Shown here one piece after another: positions 12,505-26,303 of a stretch of 64,000 nucleotides of DNA. The DNA comes from Pavona decussata (Eukaryota): the NCBI GenBank assembly GCA_977016875.1, contig CDRNST010000318.1, positions 930,001-994,000 on the forward strand, given 5' to 3'. Each line of letters opens with the position of its first letter. Within the stretch, counting starts at the first letter, position 1. The translations under genes were made by a program, and so were the position numbers. Below the pieces are notes generated by a model. That model saw only the letters and a program-made list of their open reading frames with translations. It did not search any database and was not told where the DNA came from.

Positions 12505-12945
12505 CCCAAAGCAGGCGTTCGTCATGTTCTATAGGTTGTTGTCTTCCGATTCTTTGTTGTCCTTGTCGTCTTCCTGCTGGTAGACTGCAAGCAGTCCCTT
12601 TCTGGATAGTCGAGAGGTCGCGCGAAATAGCCGAGCGGGAAAAAAAAACTAGAGCGAATGAGCGGAAGGGGGCTTGGGGAGAGGCGGGAAAAAGTCTCTT
12701 CTCGTTTATTTCTCCTCGCTCCAGTCTCGCGCTATGAGCACACCATCTCGACTAACCAGAAAGGGACTGCTTGCAGTCTATCCTGCTGGTGTAGCGGGTT
12801 GTTCAACTGGCTGATCTGGCGTCTGCTGCACGAGCATGTTTCTGCTTTTCCGGCAAATCAAATAACACAGTAAGTGTCTAACAGTCAGTCCCAGAGTGAA
12901 GACTAAAACCAAGACAGCGATGTCTTGAATGGGCATCATCACCAT
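12505..12945 (-). pseudogene. Small TM family copy 2, interrupted by a MITE, donor lost
   Basis: MVMMPIQDIAVLVLVFTLGLTVRHLLCYLICRK...; insertion at 12581-12780; GTAAGT mutated to GAAAGT. Confidence 0.8.
12581..12780. mobile_element. 200-bp MITE with TAG...CTA termini and a 9-bp TSD
   Basis: 25-bp TIR TAGACTGCAAGCAGTCCCTTTCTGG; TSD TCCTGCTGG; empty site seen in paralogues; truncated relative at ~26681-26780. Confidence 0.88.
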
Positions 12946-14649
12946 TATGTCTTGGTCCGTAACGCTGCAAGAAAATGCTCTTCAGATTGACTGTCCCGCT
13001 CTCCTTATACCTCTTGAGATGACGTCGGTTCGGATCTGAAGTTGACCAATTAGATTTTGGCTGCGGTTGGTGTTTACATTCTTCCGCAGTAACTACACAT
13101 TCATTTGCGAGAGTGTGCACGTGTTACCTCTTTTATACGACCATTTCTTTCGTCTGCTCACGGGTGAGATACCGTTTTGTTTGCATCAGCCGCACTCGGT
13201 TTTCGGCTAATATAAAAATATTAAGAATCAAGACTGCAAGCAAATGTCAGTCAGCAAGTTCTAGAATGGACATCATTTCTAGCATTTTTCTTCTGCTCAG
13301 AAACATTTATCGTCAAAGACACTTATCGGGCCGGGTAAGTAACCGGGACTTTCGAGAAGCCCCAAGGTCTAAAAAATATATCTTTATGAATGAACAATAT
13401 ACAGCCGTGGAGTATGTTTCGGAGGCAAGAATTTGTTTGCTATTTCATTTCTTATAAATTAGAAAATTGACAGGAGCAAATTTTGTAACGGCAAACAAAT
13501 AAAACATGAAACGCACTTTCTTTTTTTATTACATAATAATTGCTTACGTGGTACTTTCTTATATTACTTACAACACTTGCTACCTTTACTTATACTGACA
13601 ACTTTTAGAAATTACTTACGTGTGTGCAATACTCTTACACATTGCTGATATTTTGCATTATGCATGCATGAAGAAAGAAGAAACACGCAATCTTTTGCTA
13701 CTGTGCATAAGTGCTGACAGTTTTTGCTCCCTCTTGCGTGTTTGCTCGCTTTACTATGTCTAAGGAAATTACATACTACTCGCATCCCACTTTCAATATT
13801 GTCGAGCTTTCTGTGTTTTCATAGAATTTCTTCAGTGCAATTTTTTTTATGAACGTTCTTAGTCATACCTAGAGTGCATAGCATGCTGTGGTTTTTTTTT
13901 CTTGTGAATCTACTCGATTATATGGAGGCAGCGTATTGGAATCTTCATTTTTGCTTTGGTTTTTTCGGAGTTGTTCTTTTGCGTAGAAGTTTATCTATAA
14001 ATAGTTCAACCAGCAGGGCATTATGATTAACAAACAACAGGGTCACTATGCGGAAAGTCAACCAATTGAATAATAATCATGTTCAGAAATGATAAAGATA
14101 AATATGAAACACGGCTTACAACTTAGTTGCTGCGTTTGAGTTATTTTACAATTCAGCTAACGTGCTAAGGTGCAACACGGACATTGTCTAATTGGCTTTT
14201 TATCACTTTTTCTACTTGCATCTTTTAGCTCCGTCTCAGTAATGATGACCAAGTTCTTCTACTGCATCTAATAGCCCTAGAAGAAACAATAGTGATCATT
14301 GAGCCTTTAGGCTACCGTACTTGATAACTGGCAACATTATGACTCCTTTGGAACTTGGGGAAAATAAGCAATAAATTTTATTTTCGTGACGTTTTTCCAA
14401 AAAGGTGAACTTATGACCGTGGGGGTATTGAGGCGTAGTCAGAATCGTTAACTACAACGAGGACAACTGGAAATTAGAAATTTCAGTTTTCGCCAAAAAA
14501 AAAAATAGGAACCAAAAACAAGATTTGAATATATACACGACGTTGGCAAATATCGTTCCATTTTACGCACAAAAATGAAGTAGAAGCAGATTGCAAAGCG
14601 TCCACATGTAACTGAAAAAATTCTGAATTGCGGCCGTTTCACTACTTAC

Positions 14650-14880
14650 CCAAAATAGGCATTCGTCATGTTCAATAGGTTGTTTTCTTCCGATTCTTTG
14701 TTGTCCATGTCGTCTTCGTGCTGGTGTAGCGGGTTGTTCAACTGGCTGATTTGGCCTCTGCTGCACAACCAAGTCGGTGCTTTTCCGGAAAATCAAATAA
14801 CACAGCATAAGTCCAACAGTCAGTCCCAGAGCGAAGGCTAAAACCAAGACGGCGATGTCTTGAATGGGCATCATCACCAT
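14650..14880 (-). CDS. Small TM family copy 3 (77 codons, ends TGG|GTAAGT; probably spliced to a short exon at 14466 giving LSSL-stop)
   Basis: Intact ORF MVMMPIQDIAVLVLAFALGLTVGLMLCYLIFRK...EHDECLFW; conserved donor. Confidence 0.7.
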
Positions 14881-17034
14881 TATGTCTTAGTCCGTAACGC
14901 GCAAGAAAATGCTCCTCAGACTTGCTGTCCCGCTCTCCTTATACCCCTGAGATGACGTCGGTTCGGATCTGAAGTTGACCAATTAGATATTGGCTGCGGT
15001 TGCATGTTTACATTCTTCACATTCTCAAAATAATGGACATTTCCTTCTTCCAATAATAGTGGTTTTCATTTTGGCTTATGTTGCGCCATATTAATTTGCG
15101 ATCGTGTTCCGGCGTGACTTCTTTGTATACCACCATTGTCTGCTTCCGTTGCTGTTTTCACGGGTGAGATACAATTTTGTTTCGGCTGATATAAAAATAT
15201 AAAGAATCAAGACTGCAAGCAAAAGTCAGTCAGTGAGTTCTAGAATGGACATAATTTCAGTCTATCATTTCTTTTTCTCGCAGGTCGCTTACTTCTCAGT
15301 TAAGAATATGGAAATGCAACAGACTGATCATTCTGACAAAAAAAATGATGTTTTAGCATCTTTTCGGTTCATTCCACGATCCCATCGTATTTCGTTCAGA
15401 TCTAGTCGAAACATCGACAAGTGATTCAATTGGAACCAATTTATGCTGCTGTTCACATTCTTCTGTAGTAACTACACATTCATTTGCGAGAGTGTGCACG
15501 TGTGACCTCTTGTATGCGACCATTTCTTTCGTCTGCTCACGGATGAGATACAGTTTTGTTTGCATCAGCCGCAGACAGGTTTCGGCTGATATAAAAATAT
15601 AAAGAATCAAGACTGCAAGCAAAAGTCAGTCAGCAAGTTCTGGAATGGACATCATTTCTAGCATTTTTCTTCTGCTCAGAAACATTTATCACCAAAGACA
15701 CTTATCAGGCCGGGTAAGTTACCAGGACTTTCGAGAAACGGGCCCCAAGGTCTGAAAAAGAAATCTTCATGAATGAACAATATACAGCCGTGGAGAATGT
15801 TTCGGAGGCAAGAATTTGTTTGCTATTTCATTTCTTATAAATTAGAAAAATTGACAGGAGCAAATTTTGTAACGGCGGACAAATAAAACATGAAACGCAT
15901 TTTCCTTTTTTATTACATAATAATTGCTTACGTGTTTCTTTGTTATATTACTTACAACACTTGCCACCTTTACTTATACTGATAACTTTTAGAAATTACT
16001 TACATGTACAGAGTACTCTTACACATTGCTGACATCTTACATTATGCATGAAGAAAGAAAAAACAGGCAATCTTTTGCTACTGTACATAAGTTCTGACAA
16101 TTTTTGCTCCCTCTTGCGTGTTTGCTCGCTTTACTATGTCTAAGGAAATTACATACTACTCGCATCCCAGTTTCAATATTTTCGAGCTTTCTGTGTTTTC
16201 ATAGAATTTCTTCAGTGCAATTTTTTTTATGAACGTTCTCTGTCGTACCTAGAGTGCATAGCATGCTGTTGCTTTCTTCCTTGTGAATCTACTCGATTAT
16301 ATGGAGGCAGCGTATCGGAATCTTCATTTTCCCTTTAGTTTCTTCGGAGTTGTTCTTTTGCTCAGAAGTTTATCTATAAATAGTTCAACCAGCAGGACAT
16401 CATGATTAACGGAAACAACAGGGTCACTATGCGGAAAGTCAACCAATTGAATAATAATCATGTTCAGAAACGAAAAAGATAAATATGAAACACGGCTTAC
16501 AACTTGCTGCGTTTGAGTTATTTAACAATTCAGCTAACGTGCTAAGGTGCAACACGGACATTGTCTAATTGGCTTTTTATCACTGACTTTTTCTACTTGT
16601 ATCTTTTAGCTCCGTCTCAGTAATGATGACCAAGTTCTTCTACTGCATCTAATAGCCCTAGAAAAAACGATATTGATCATTGAGCCTTTAGGCTACCGTA
16701 CTTGATAACTGGCAACATCATGACTCCCTTGGAACTTGGGGAAAATAAGCAATAAATTTTATTTTCGTGACGTTTTTCCAAAAAAGGTGAACTTATGACC
16801 GTGGGGGTATTGAGGCGCAGTCAGAATCGTTAACTACAACGAGGACAACTGGAAATTAGAAATTTCAGTTTTCGCCAAAAAAAAAAAAAATAGGAACCAA
16901 AAACAAGATTTGAATATATACCCGACGTTGGCAAATATCGTTCTATTTCTCGCACAAAAATGAATTAGAAGCAGATTGCAAAGCATCCACATGTAACTGA
17001 AAAAAATCTGAATTGCGGCCGTTTCACTACTTAC

Positions 17035-17257
17035 CTAAAGCAGGCATTCGTCATGTTCAGTAGGTTGTTTTCTTCCGATTCTTTGTTGACATTGTCGTCT
17101 TCGTGCTGGTGTAGCGGGTTGTTCAACTGGCTGATTTGTCCTCTGCTGCACAACCAAGTCGGTGCTTTTCCGGAAAATCAAATAACAGCATAAGTCCAAC
17201 AGTTAGTCCAAGAGCGAAGGCTAAAACCAAGACAGCGATGTCTTGAATGGGCGTCAT
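17035..17257 (-). pseudogene. Small TM family copy 4, 2-bp frameshift after the TM core
   Basis: ATGCTGTTATTT instead of ATGCTGTGTTATTT; span of 223 nt is not a multiple of 3. Confidence 0.75.
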
Positions 17258-18913
17258 GTCTTCGTCCGTAAAGAAGATGAGCTGAAGCAACGTCTTACAT
17301 GCAGCAAAAGTAACCTATTTTGATAAGCATTTGTAGGATCTGAATTTCACCATATATTTTGATGAAACTAAATTTGAACCAATCAGATTTAAGCTGCGGT
17401 TGCAAGTTTCGCATTCGATATTCTTAACCTTCTGTTTACTACTTAAGGAATTTGTTAACGGTAACGTGGAACTTGACAGTTTTCCTCGAACCACCTTGGT
17501 CACGGGTGAGATACTGCATTGTTACACTATTGATCACATGGTTTTCGGGTTGATTTACAAAAATCAAGAATCAAGAGTGCAGGCAAAAAGTCAGTCAACT
17601 CGTTTCAGAATGGACATCATTTCTATAGGGCTAGTTTTTCTTCTCGATAGGTCGCTTACATCTCAGTTAAGAATGTGGCAACGCAATAGACTGATCATTG
17701 TGATGATGAAGTTCTACTTATCGTCTCGGTTCAAACCACAGTCCCATTGTATTTCGTCCAGGCTGGCGGAAACAGCAACGTAATTCAAGTGCAACAAACG
17801 TCTACGCCATTACTTCAGAACTGATTAAAAGTTGATTGGTTTTCTTTTCGCGTTAGTATAAGTGGAATCACTAATTGGCTCTACAGAGGTCTTTTGCTTT
17901 CTTGTCCGCCCTGCTTATATGTTGGCAAAAGTTAGCGTTTTTGCTCTCCACGTGAATTCTTTTTCAAAACTTCCTGTCTTAAAAAGATTTCACTTTTGGA
18001 GGTCGTTTTCAAAAGAATGTTTGGCCATTCGCTTCGATTTTGGTGGATGTCTCCACAGTTTAAGGAAAAAATTAAAATAAGTAACCAAAGGTTTTTAAAC
18101 AGCGCGTGTCGCGTGTGTCGGTTCCATCCACAATGCCATTGTGGTTTGCCCCCAGGCTTTTTCAACAGCGAAACCCTTTCTCCTCGACACAAAACTATTA
18201 AATTGTTTTTCTCCTCCTGTCGCGTGTTGCGTCTTCTCGCGAGAGGCAAATTTTTGCGCGCTCTCTGGGGTTCCCTCCCTTTACTTACAGTTTTAATGTT
18301 CAGCGGTACCTTGAGTACAGAGCTCGATGTGACATTTGTCGAGTTCGTCTTTTGTTTAGAACGGTTCAACTGAATCCTTGACAACGTTGTCGGTTACACA
18401 TCAAGCATAAAATTTATTTCGCATCATTGGCATACGGCGAAACAGTTATTATTACATCGCGTCCAGAAACGTGAAGGATAAATATTAAACACAGCTCACA
18501 ATGGCTTGCGTTTTCGATTTATTACACTTCATCTTACATGTTAAAATGCAGCATATTGTCCACTTGGCTTTTTATCCTTTTTTCTGTATTTATTAGCTCC
18601 GTCTGAAATGTTCAACATGTGCCGTTCTACTGCATCTAATGACCCTAAAAAACAATACTGCGATCATTTAGCCTAAGGCTACTACCACTACGACTCTTAG
18701 GGATACTATTACAAGGACAACTGGAATGTGGAAATTTTTAATTTTCGCCAAAGAGAAGTAACAAAAGACAAGACTTCGTGTTCAAGATATTTGAATCGAT
18801 ACGCGACATCGGAAAACATCGTTTCATTCTTCGCACAAATGTACAACGGTTGATAAAGTAGCAAGTCCACATGTAACTGAGCAATTCTGAATGGCAGCCG
18901 TTTCACTACTTAC

Positions 18914-19300
18914 CCAAGCTAGCCGTTCATCATGTTCCGTGGGTTGTTTTCTTCCAATTCTTTGTATTTCATTTGGTCTTCGGGGTGCTGTTACGGCGGC
19001 TTGTTCAACTGCCCGATTTGGCGTTCCCTGCACAACCAAATTGCTGGTATTTCGGAAAATCAAATAGCACGGCAGTCCAAAAGTCAGTGCCTGCCGTTCA
19101 TCATGTTCCGTGGGTTGTTTTCTTCCATTTGGTCTTCGGGGTGCTGGCACGGCGGGTTCAGGTTCAACTGGATAATTTCCCCTCTGCTGCACAACCAAGT
19201 TGCGGTTTTTCCGGAAAATCAAATAACCCAGCATAAGTCCAAAAGTCAGACCCAGAGTGAAGGCAAAAACCAAGCCAGCGATGTCTTGAATGGGCGTCAT
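18914..19300 (-). CDS. Small TM family copy 5 (129 codons, internal duplication, ends TGG|GTAAGT)
   Basis: MTPIQDIAGLVFAFTLGLTFGLMLGYLIFRK...; two KQPTEHDER units in frame; tandem CCAAT boxes at 19419 and 19448. Confidence 0.7.
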
Positions 19301-20985
19301 GTCTTCGTCTGTAAAGAAGTTCAGCAGAATCAACGTCGTACATGCGGCAAAAGTGTCTGCAGTCTGACGGAAATGCCCTGATCCTACTTTGATATGCACT
19401 TGTAGGATCTGAATGCCACCAATCATTTTGATGGAACTAAATTTGAACCAATCAGATTTAAGCTGCGGTTGCAGGTTAACATTCTTAACCCCAGTGTACT
19501 TCGGTATTTATTAACGTGGAACCTCTCAGTGGAAAGACTCCCCCGACTGAGAACCACCTTGGTCACGGCTGAGATACTGCGTTTTTACCGCGTTACCCCG
19601 TTGACATCATTTCTATAGGGCTAGTTTTTCTTTTCGATAGGTCGCTTACATCTCAGTCAAGAATTTGCGACGCAATAGACTGATCGTTGTGATGATGAAG
19701 TCCTACTGATCGTTTCCCTTCAATCCTCAGTTCCATTGTGGTTTGCCCCCAGGCAAGCGGACACAGCAAAGTTATTCAAGTGCAACAAACGTCTACGCTA
19801 GTACTTTAGAACTAATTATAAGTTGATGAACTTCTTTTCGCCTAGAAATGGACTCACTAGTTAGCATTAGAGAGGTCTTTTGCTTCCCTGTCCGCCCTGC
19901 GTATATGTTGGCAAAAGTTAGCGTTTTTGCTCTCCACGCGAATTCTTTTTCAAAGCCTCCTGTCTTCAAAAGATTTAACTTTTGGAGATCGTTTTTAAAA
20001 GCATGTTGGGCCATTTGCTTCGATTTTGGTGGGTGTTTACATAGTTTGAGGAAATTATTAAAATAAGTTACCCAAAGGTTTTTTTAACAGCGAAACCTTT
20101 TCTCCTCGACACAAAACTACTAAATTGCTTTTCTCTTCCTGCTGCGTGTTGCATCTCGTCGCGAGAGGCAAATTTTTGCGCGCTCTCGGGGGTTTCCTTG
20201 CTTTACTTACAGTTTAAATTTTCAGCGGTACCTTGAGTACAGAGCTCGATGTGATATTTGTTGAGTTCGTCTTTCTTTAGAACGGTTCAACCGGATCCTT
20301 GACAACGTTGTCGGTTACACATCAAGCATAAAATTTAATTTTGCATCATTGGCATACGGCGAACCAGTTGTTATTATATCGCGTCTAGAAACGTGAAGGA
20401 TAAATATTAAACACAGCTCACAATGGTTTGCGTTTTCGATTTATTACACTTCATCTTACATGTTAAAATGCAGCATATTGTCCACTTGGCTTTTTATCCT
20501 TTTTTTCTGTATTTATTAGCTTCGTCTGAAATGTTCAGCATGTGCTGTTCTACTGCATCTAATGACCCTAAAAAACAATAGTGCCCGATTCAGTAATATT
20601 TAGCCTTAGGCTACGAGAAGCACATTCTGAAAACTATGAACCCAAGATACAAGTTTAGGTAAAATAAACAATAAATTTAGAGCTGTGAAAATTTTGTGAC
20701 TCTGAAAACTTTCGTGATGTTTTTCAAAAAAGGTGAATTTGTGACCTCGGGGGTGTGTAGCCGCAGTCAGAATCGTTAACTACAACAAGGACAACTGGAA
20801 ATTGGAAATTTCAGTTTTCGCCAAAGAGAAGTAACAAAAGACAAGACTTCGTGTTCAAGATATTTGAATCGGTACGCGACATCGGTAAACATCGTTCCAT
20901 TCTGGGCACAAGTCTACAACAGTTGATAAAGTAGGGAGTCCTCACGTAACTGAGCAATTCTGAATTGTATCGTTTCACTCCTTAC

Positions 20986-21387
20986 TCAAGCGAGCCGTTC
21001 GTCATGTTCCGTGGGTTGTTTTCTTCCAATTCCTTGTATTTCATTTGGTCTTCGGGGTGCTTGTACGGTGGCTTGTTCAACTGGCTGATTTCCCCTCTGT
21101 CCTACAACCAAGTTGCTGCTTTTCCGGACAATTAAAGAACACGGCATAAGTCCAACAGTCCGTCCCAGCCGTTCGTCATGTTCCGTGGGTTGTTTTCTTC
21201 TAATTCTTTGTATTCCATTTCGTCTTTGGGTGGCTTCGACAGCGGCTTGTTCAACTGGTTGATTTCGCCTCTGCTGCACAACCAAGTTGCTGCTTTTCTC
21301 GAAAATCAAATAACACGGCAGTCCGACAGTCACTCCCAGCGGAGTGAAGTCAAAATTCAAGCCAGCGATATCTTGAATGGGCGTAAT
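20986..21387 (-). pseudogene. Small TM family copy 6: start codon ATG>ATT, TM degraded, internal duplication; frame still open
   Basis: ITPIQDIAGLNFDFTPLGVTVGLPCYLIFEK; TGA|GTAAGG end. Confidence 0.6.
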
Positions 21388-22901
21388 GTCTTCGTCCGTA
21401 AAGAAGATGAGCAGAATCAACTTCGTACATGCGGCAAAAGTGTCTGCAGTCTGACTGAAATGCCCTGACCCTACTTTGATATACACTTGTAGGATCTGAA
21501 TTTCACCAATCATTTTGATGGAACTAAATTTGAGCCAATCAGATTTAAGCTGCGGTTGCATGTTTACATTCTTAACTCCAGTGTACTTACGGTATTTATT
21601 AACGTGGAACCTCTTAGTGGAAAGAGTCCCCGACTGAGAACCACCTTGGTCACGGGTGAGATACTGCGTTGTTACCGCGTTACCGCGTTGACATCATTTC
21701 TATAGGGCTAGTTTTTCTTTTCGATAGGTCGCTTACATCTCAGTCAAAAATGTGGCAACGCAATAGACTGATCATTGTGATGATGAAGTTCTACTGATCG
21801 TTTCCCTTCAATCCTCAGTTCCATTGTGGTTTGCCCCCAGGCAAGCGTACACAGCAAAGTTATTCAAGTACAACAAACGTCTACGCCAAGTTTATGAACT
21901 TCTTTTGGCGTAGAAGTGGAATCACTAGTTAGCATTACAGAGGTCTTTTGCTTTCCTGTCCGCACTGGGTATATGTTGTCAATAGTTAGCGTTTTTGCTC
22001 TCCACGTGAATTCTTTTTCAAAGCCTCCTGTCTTCAAAAGATTTAACTTTTGGAGATCGTTTTTAAAAGAATGTTGGGCCATTCGCTTCGATTTTGGTGG
22101 GTGTTTACATAGTTTAAGGAAATAATTAAAATAAGTTACCCAAAGCATTTTAACAGCGAAACCTTTTCTCCTCGACACAAAACTATTAAATTGTTTTTCC
22201 TCTTCCTGCTGCGTGTTGCATCTTCTCGCGAGAGGCAAATTTTTGCGCGCTCTCTGGGGTTCCCTTGCTTTACTTACAGTTTAAATATTCAGCGGTACCT
22301 TGAGGACAGAGCTCGATGTGATATCTGGCGAGTTCGTCTTTTGTTTAGAACGGTTCAACCGGATCCTTGACAATGTTGTTGGTTACACATCAGAAATAAA
22401 ATTTATTTCGTATGATTGGCATACGGCGAAACAGTTATTATTATATCGCGTCCAGAAACGTGAAGGATAAATATTAAACACAGGTCACAATGGTTTGCGT
22501 TTTAGATTTATTACACTTCATTTTACATGTTAAAATGCAGCATATTGTCCACTTGGCTTGTTATCCCTTTTTCTGTATTTATAAGCTTCGTCTGAAATGT
22601 TCAACATGTGCCGTTCTACTGCATCTAACGACCCTAAAAAACAATAGTGCGTTCATTTAGCCTAAAGCTACTACTACTACGACTCAGAGAAAGACTAATA
22701 CAAGGACAACTGGAATTTGGAAATTTCAGTTTTCGCCAAGGAGAAGTAACAAAAGACAAATCTTCGTGTTTGAGATATTTGAATCGATACGCGACATCGG
22801 AAAATATCGTTTCAGTCTTCGCACAAGTGTACTACAGTTGATAAAGTAGCCGAGCTCACATGTTACTGAGAAATTATAAATTGTACTGTTTCACTACTTA
22901 C

Positions 22902-23175
22902 CTAAGCTAGCCGTTCATCATGTTCCGTGGGTTGTTTTCTTCCATTTTGTCTTCGGGGTGCTTGTACGGCGGGTTGTTCAGCTGGCTGATTTGGCGTCCC
23001 CTGCACAACCAAATTGCTGGTGTTTCGGAAAATCAAATAGCACGGCAGTCCAAAAGTCAGTCCCTGTCGTTCATCATGTTCCGTGGGTTGTTTTCTTCCA
23101 TTTCGTCTTGGGGGTGCTTGTACGGCGGGTTGTTCAACTGGCTGATCTCCCCTCTGCTGCACAACCAAGTTGCTG
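22902..23175 (-). pseudogene. Small TM family copy 7, 5'-truncated by deletion (no start codon or first TM)
   Basis: Begins at SNLVVQQ, fused to the 3' flank of copy 8; internal duplication; TAG|GTAAGT end. Confidence 0.75.
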
Positions 23176-23547
23176 TTAAAATGCAGCATATTGTACACTT
23201 GACTTTTTATCCCTTTTTCTGTATTTATTAGCGCCGTCTGAAATGTTCAACATGTGCCGTTCTACTGCATCTAACGACCCTAAAAAACAATAGTGCGGTC
23301 ATTTAGCCTAAGGCTACTACTACTACGACTCAGAGAAAGACTACGACAAGGACAACTGGAATGTGGAAATTTCAGTTTTTGCCAAAGAGTAGTAATAAAA
23401 GACAAGACTTCGTGTTTAAGATTAATGAATCGATACGCGACATCGGAAAACATCGTTCCATTCTGCGCACAAATATACTACGGGTACATATTGTAACAAG
23501 CCCACATGCAACTGAGAAATTCTGAATTGTACCGTTTCACTACTTAC

Positions 23548-23777
23548 TCAAGCTAGCCGTTCATCATGTTCCGTGGGTTGTTTTCTTCCAATTTTTTTGT
23601 GTTCCATTTCGTCTTCGATGTGCTGGTTTGGCGGGTTGTTCAACTGGCTGATTTGCCCTTGGCTGCACAACCAAGTTGCTGTTTTTCCGGAAAGTCAAAT
23701 AACACAGCATAAGTCCAACAGTCAGTCTAAATGCGAAGGTAAAAACCAAGCCAGCGATGTTTTTAAATGGGCGTCAT
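23548..23777 (-). pseudogene. Small TM family copy 8, premature stop and frameshifts
   Basis: ATG ACG CCC ATT TAA; further indel in a T-run near 23592. Confidence 0.75.
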
Positions 23778-25036
23778 GTCTTCGTTTGTAAAGAAGATGA
23801 CTAGAAGCAACGTCGTACATGCGGCAAAAGTATCTTCTTACCGATCAGTCTGACTGAAATAACGTGATCCCACTTTGATATGAATCTGTAGGATCTCACA
23901 CCCATCAATTTGATGGAATAAAATTTGAACCAATCAGATTTAAGCTGCGGTTGCATGTTTACATTCAGTTTATGCGAAACCCACAGTGGAAAAGCTGTGG
24001 AAAGATTTCCTTTTAGAGCCACCTTGGTCACGGGTGAGGTACCGTGTGGTTTTACACCATGATACGGGCGAGATACCGCATTGTTACACCATGTAATACA
24101 TCGGCTAAATATACAAAAATTAAGAATCAAGAGTGCAGGCAAAAGTCAGTCAACTCGTTCCAGAATGGACACCATTTCTATAGGGCTAGTTTTTCTTCTC
24201 GATAGGTCGCTTTCATCTCATTTAAGAATGTGGCAACGCAATCGACTGATCATTGTGATGATGAAGTTCTACTGATCGTCTCGGTTCTGTCCACGGTGCC
24301 ATTGTATTACGTCAGGCGTGACGGGTTGAGGTGAACCCTAATCAAAAGTTTATTTTAGGCGCGCGCATTGTTATAAACTGACCAATCAAGCATGTCATTT
24401 CAGCAGTGTGGTTTTCGCCGTTCTAACTTTCGACAAACGCATGAGAAACGATACAAAAAATATTTGTTGATTTTAGCAAAAAAGTATATTTGATTTAAGA
24501 GATTTACAACCTAAAGCACTTGGTCAAGTTTTAGTTGAAAAAGCTAGAAAACTTGTCCGCGCCGCGCATGTGTTGACAAATGTTTGCGTTTTTTCTCTCC
24601 ACGCGGATTCTTTTTCAAAACTTCCTTTCTTCAAAAGATTTCACTTTGGAGATCGTTTGGAAAACTTTCTGGTTTTAAAAGATTTCGCGATAGAGATCGT
24701 TTTCCAAAAACGTTCCGTTTTTAATTTGGATTATATATTCATCGCACTCGACTGCTTGCCTCCTCAAGGTAAATATCACGGTGTTAGCTCTCTCGATGAG
24801 CACTTTTTTGCTCTCAGAGCAAATGTCGGAATAAAATATTATTTAAATAATAACAAACAAACATCACGGACTATGGCGCTAAACAACGACACCAGGATAA
24901 GGGATCCAATCAAATCTGAACGTGTGCGCAATCAGGGGTGACCAATATGAGTACTACAGTTATGCCGGTGAACGCACGAGAAAGTGGTTCTTGAGTGCAA
25001 ATCATTTGATGTTTGTTTTAAACTGTTTATTGTCAG

Positions 25037-25098
25037 GCGACCAGCATGTTGGAGAAGAGTTTGGCGCAAGACGAGACATACACTGACGCTGTTTGTTT
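25037..25098 (+). pseudogene. Truncated duplicate of the ANAPC7 exon at 38114, acceptor intact
   Basis: Same sequence and breakpoint as the 12147 copy. Confidence 0.9.
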
Positions 25099-26066
25099 TG
25101 CTCGCTTTACTATGTCTCAGGAAATTAGATACTACTCGTAGCCCAGTTTCAATATTGTTGAGCTTTCTGTGTTCTCAAAGGATTCCTTGCAATTTTTTAT
25201 GAACGTTCTCAGTAATACTAAGAGTACATAGCATGCTGTTGTTATCTTCCTTGTTAATCTATTCGATTATATGGAGGCAGTGTATCGGAATCTTCATTTT
25301 TCCTTTAGTTTCTTCGGAGTTGTTCTTTTGCGTAGAAGTTTATCTATAAATAGTTCAACCAGCAGAGCATCATGATTAAGAAACTACACGGAAAGTCGAC
25401 CACATGAGTAATCACTGTTGCGTTGAGCTATGATTATTGTGAACTAATTTACATGTCTCCACGTGAATAACAACTGAGACATCCTGTTCCGAAACGAAAA
25501 TGATAGATATGAAACACAGCTTACAACTTGCTGTGTTTTAGATTTATTACAATTCAGCTAACATACTAAGATACAACATGGACATTGTCTTATTGGCTTT
25601 TTATCACTTTTTCTACTTGCATCCTTTAGCTCCGTCTGTATTGATGACCAAGGGCTTCTACTGTGAAATAACCCTGAAAAACAGAAGTGGTCATTTTAGC
25701 CTTAGGCTCGTTTCCGTGCAGCCTGCTTTACAGAACGACAGTTTAATAGGGAAAATGAAGAATAAATTGAGAGGGATGAAAATTTTGTGACTGTAAGAAA
25801 TTTCGTGATATTTTTTTTTTAAAAAGGGTGAAGTTGTGACCGTGTGGGTACCTAGGCGCAATCAGAATCGTTAACTACGACGAGGACTGGAAATTTTAGT
25901 TTTCGGCGCCAAAGAGTAGGAACCAAAAACAAGCGTGTTCAAAATATGAATCGATACGCGATGTCGGCAACCATCGTTCCATTCTCACTCTTCGAGCAAA
26001 TATACTACGGATGCACTGATCCACATGTAACTGAGAAATTCTGAATTGTACCGTTTCACTACTTAC

Positions 26067-26303
26067 TCAAGTTAGCTGTTCATCATGTTCCGTGGGTTGT
26101 TTTCTTTCATTTCTTTGTATTCCACGTCGTCTTCGGGGTGCTGGCTGTGCTGGCACGGCGGCTTGTTCAACTGGCTGATTCAGTGGCCTCTGATGCACAA
26201 CCAAGTTGCTGTTTTTCCGGCAAATCAAATAACACAGCATAAGTCCAACAGCCAGTCCCAGAGCGAAGACTAAAACCAAGACAGCGATGTCAAAGGGCAT
26301 CAT
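26067..26303 (-). CDS. Small TM family copy 9 (78 aa, intact)
   Basis: MMPFDIAVLVLVFALGLAVGLMLCYLICRK...EHDEQLT-stop|GTAAGT; indels relative to copy 1 preserve frame. Confidence 0.7.
   Translation of the reverse strand: MMPFDIAVLVLVFALGLAVGLMLCYLICRKNSNLVVHQRPLNQPVEQAAVPAQPAPRRRRGIQRNERKQPTEHDEQLT

Noticed and set aside
19301-19426. Long N-terminal extensions (MIGGIQILQ.., MQPQLKSDW..) on family copies 5, 6 and 10
   Set aside because: They overlap the CCAAT boxes, are not open in other copies, and the conserved Met lies just before the TM
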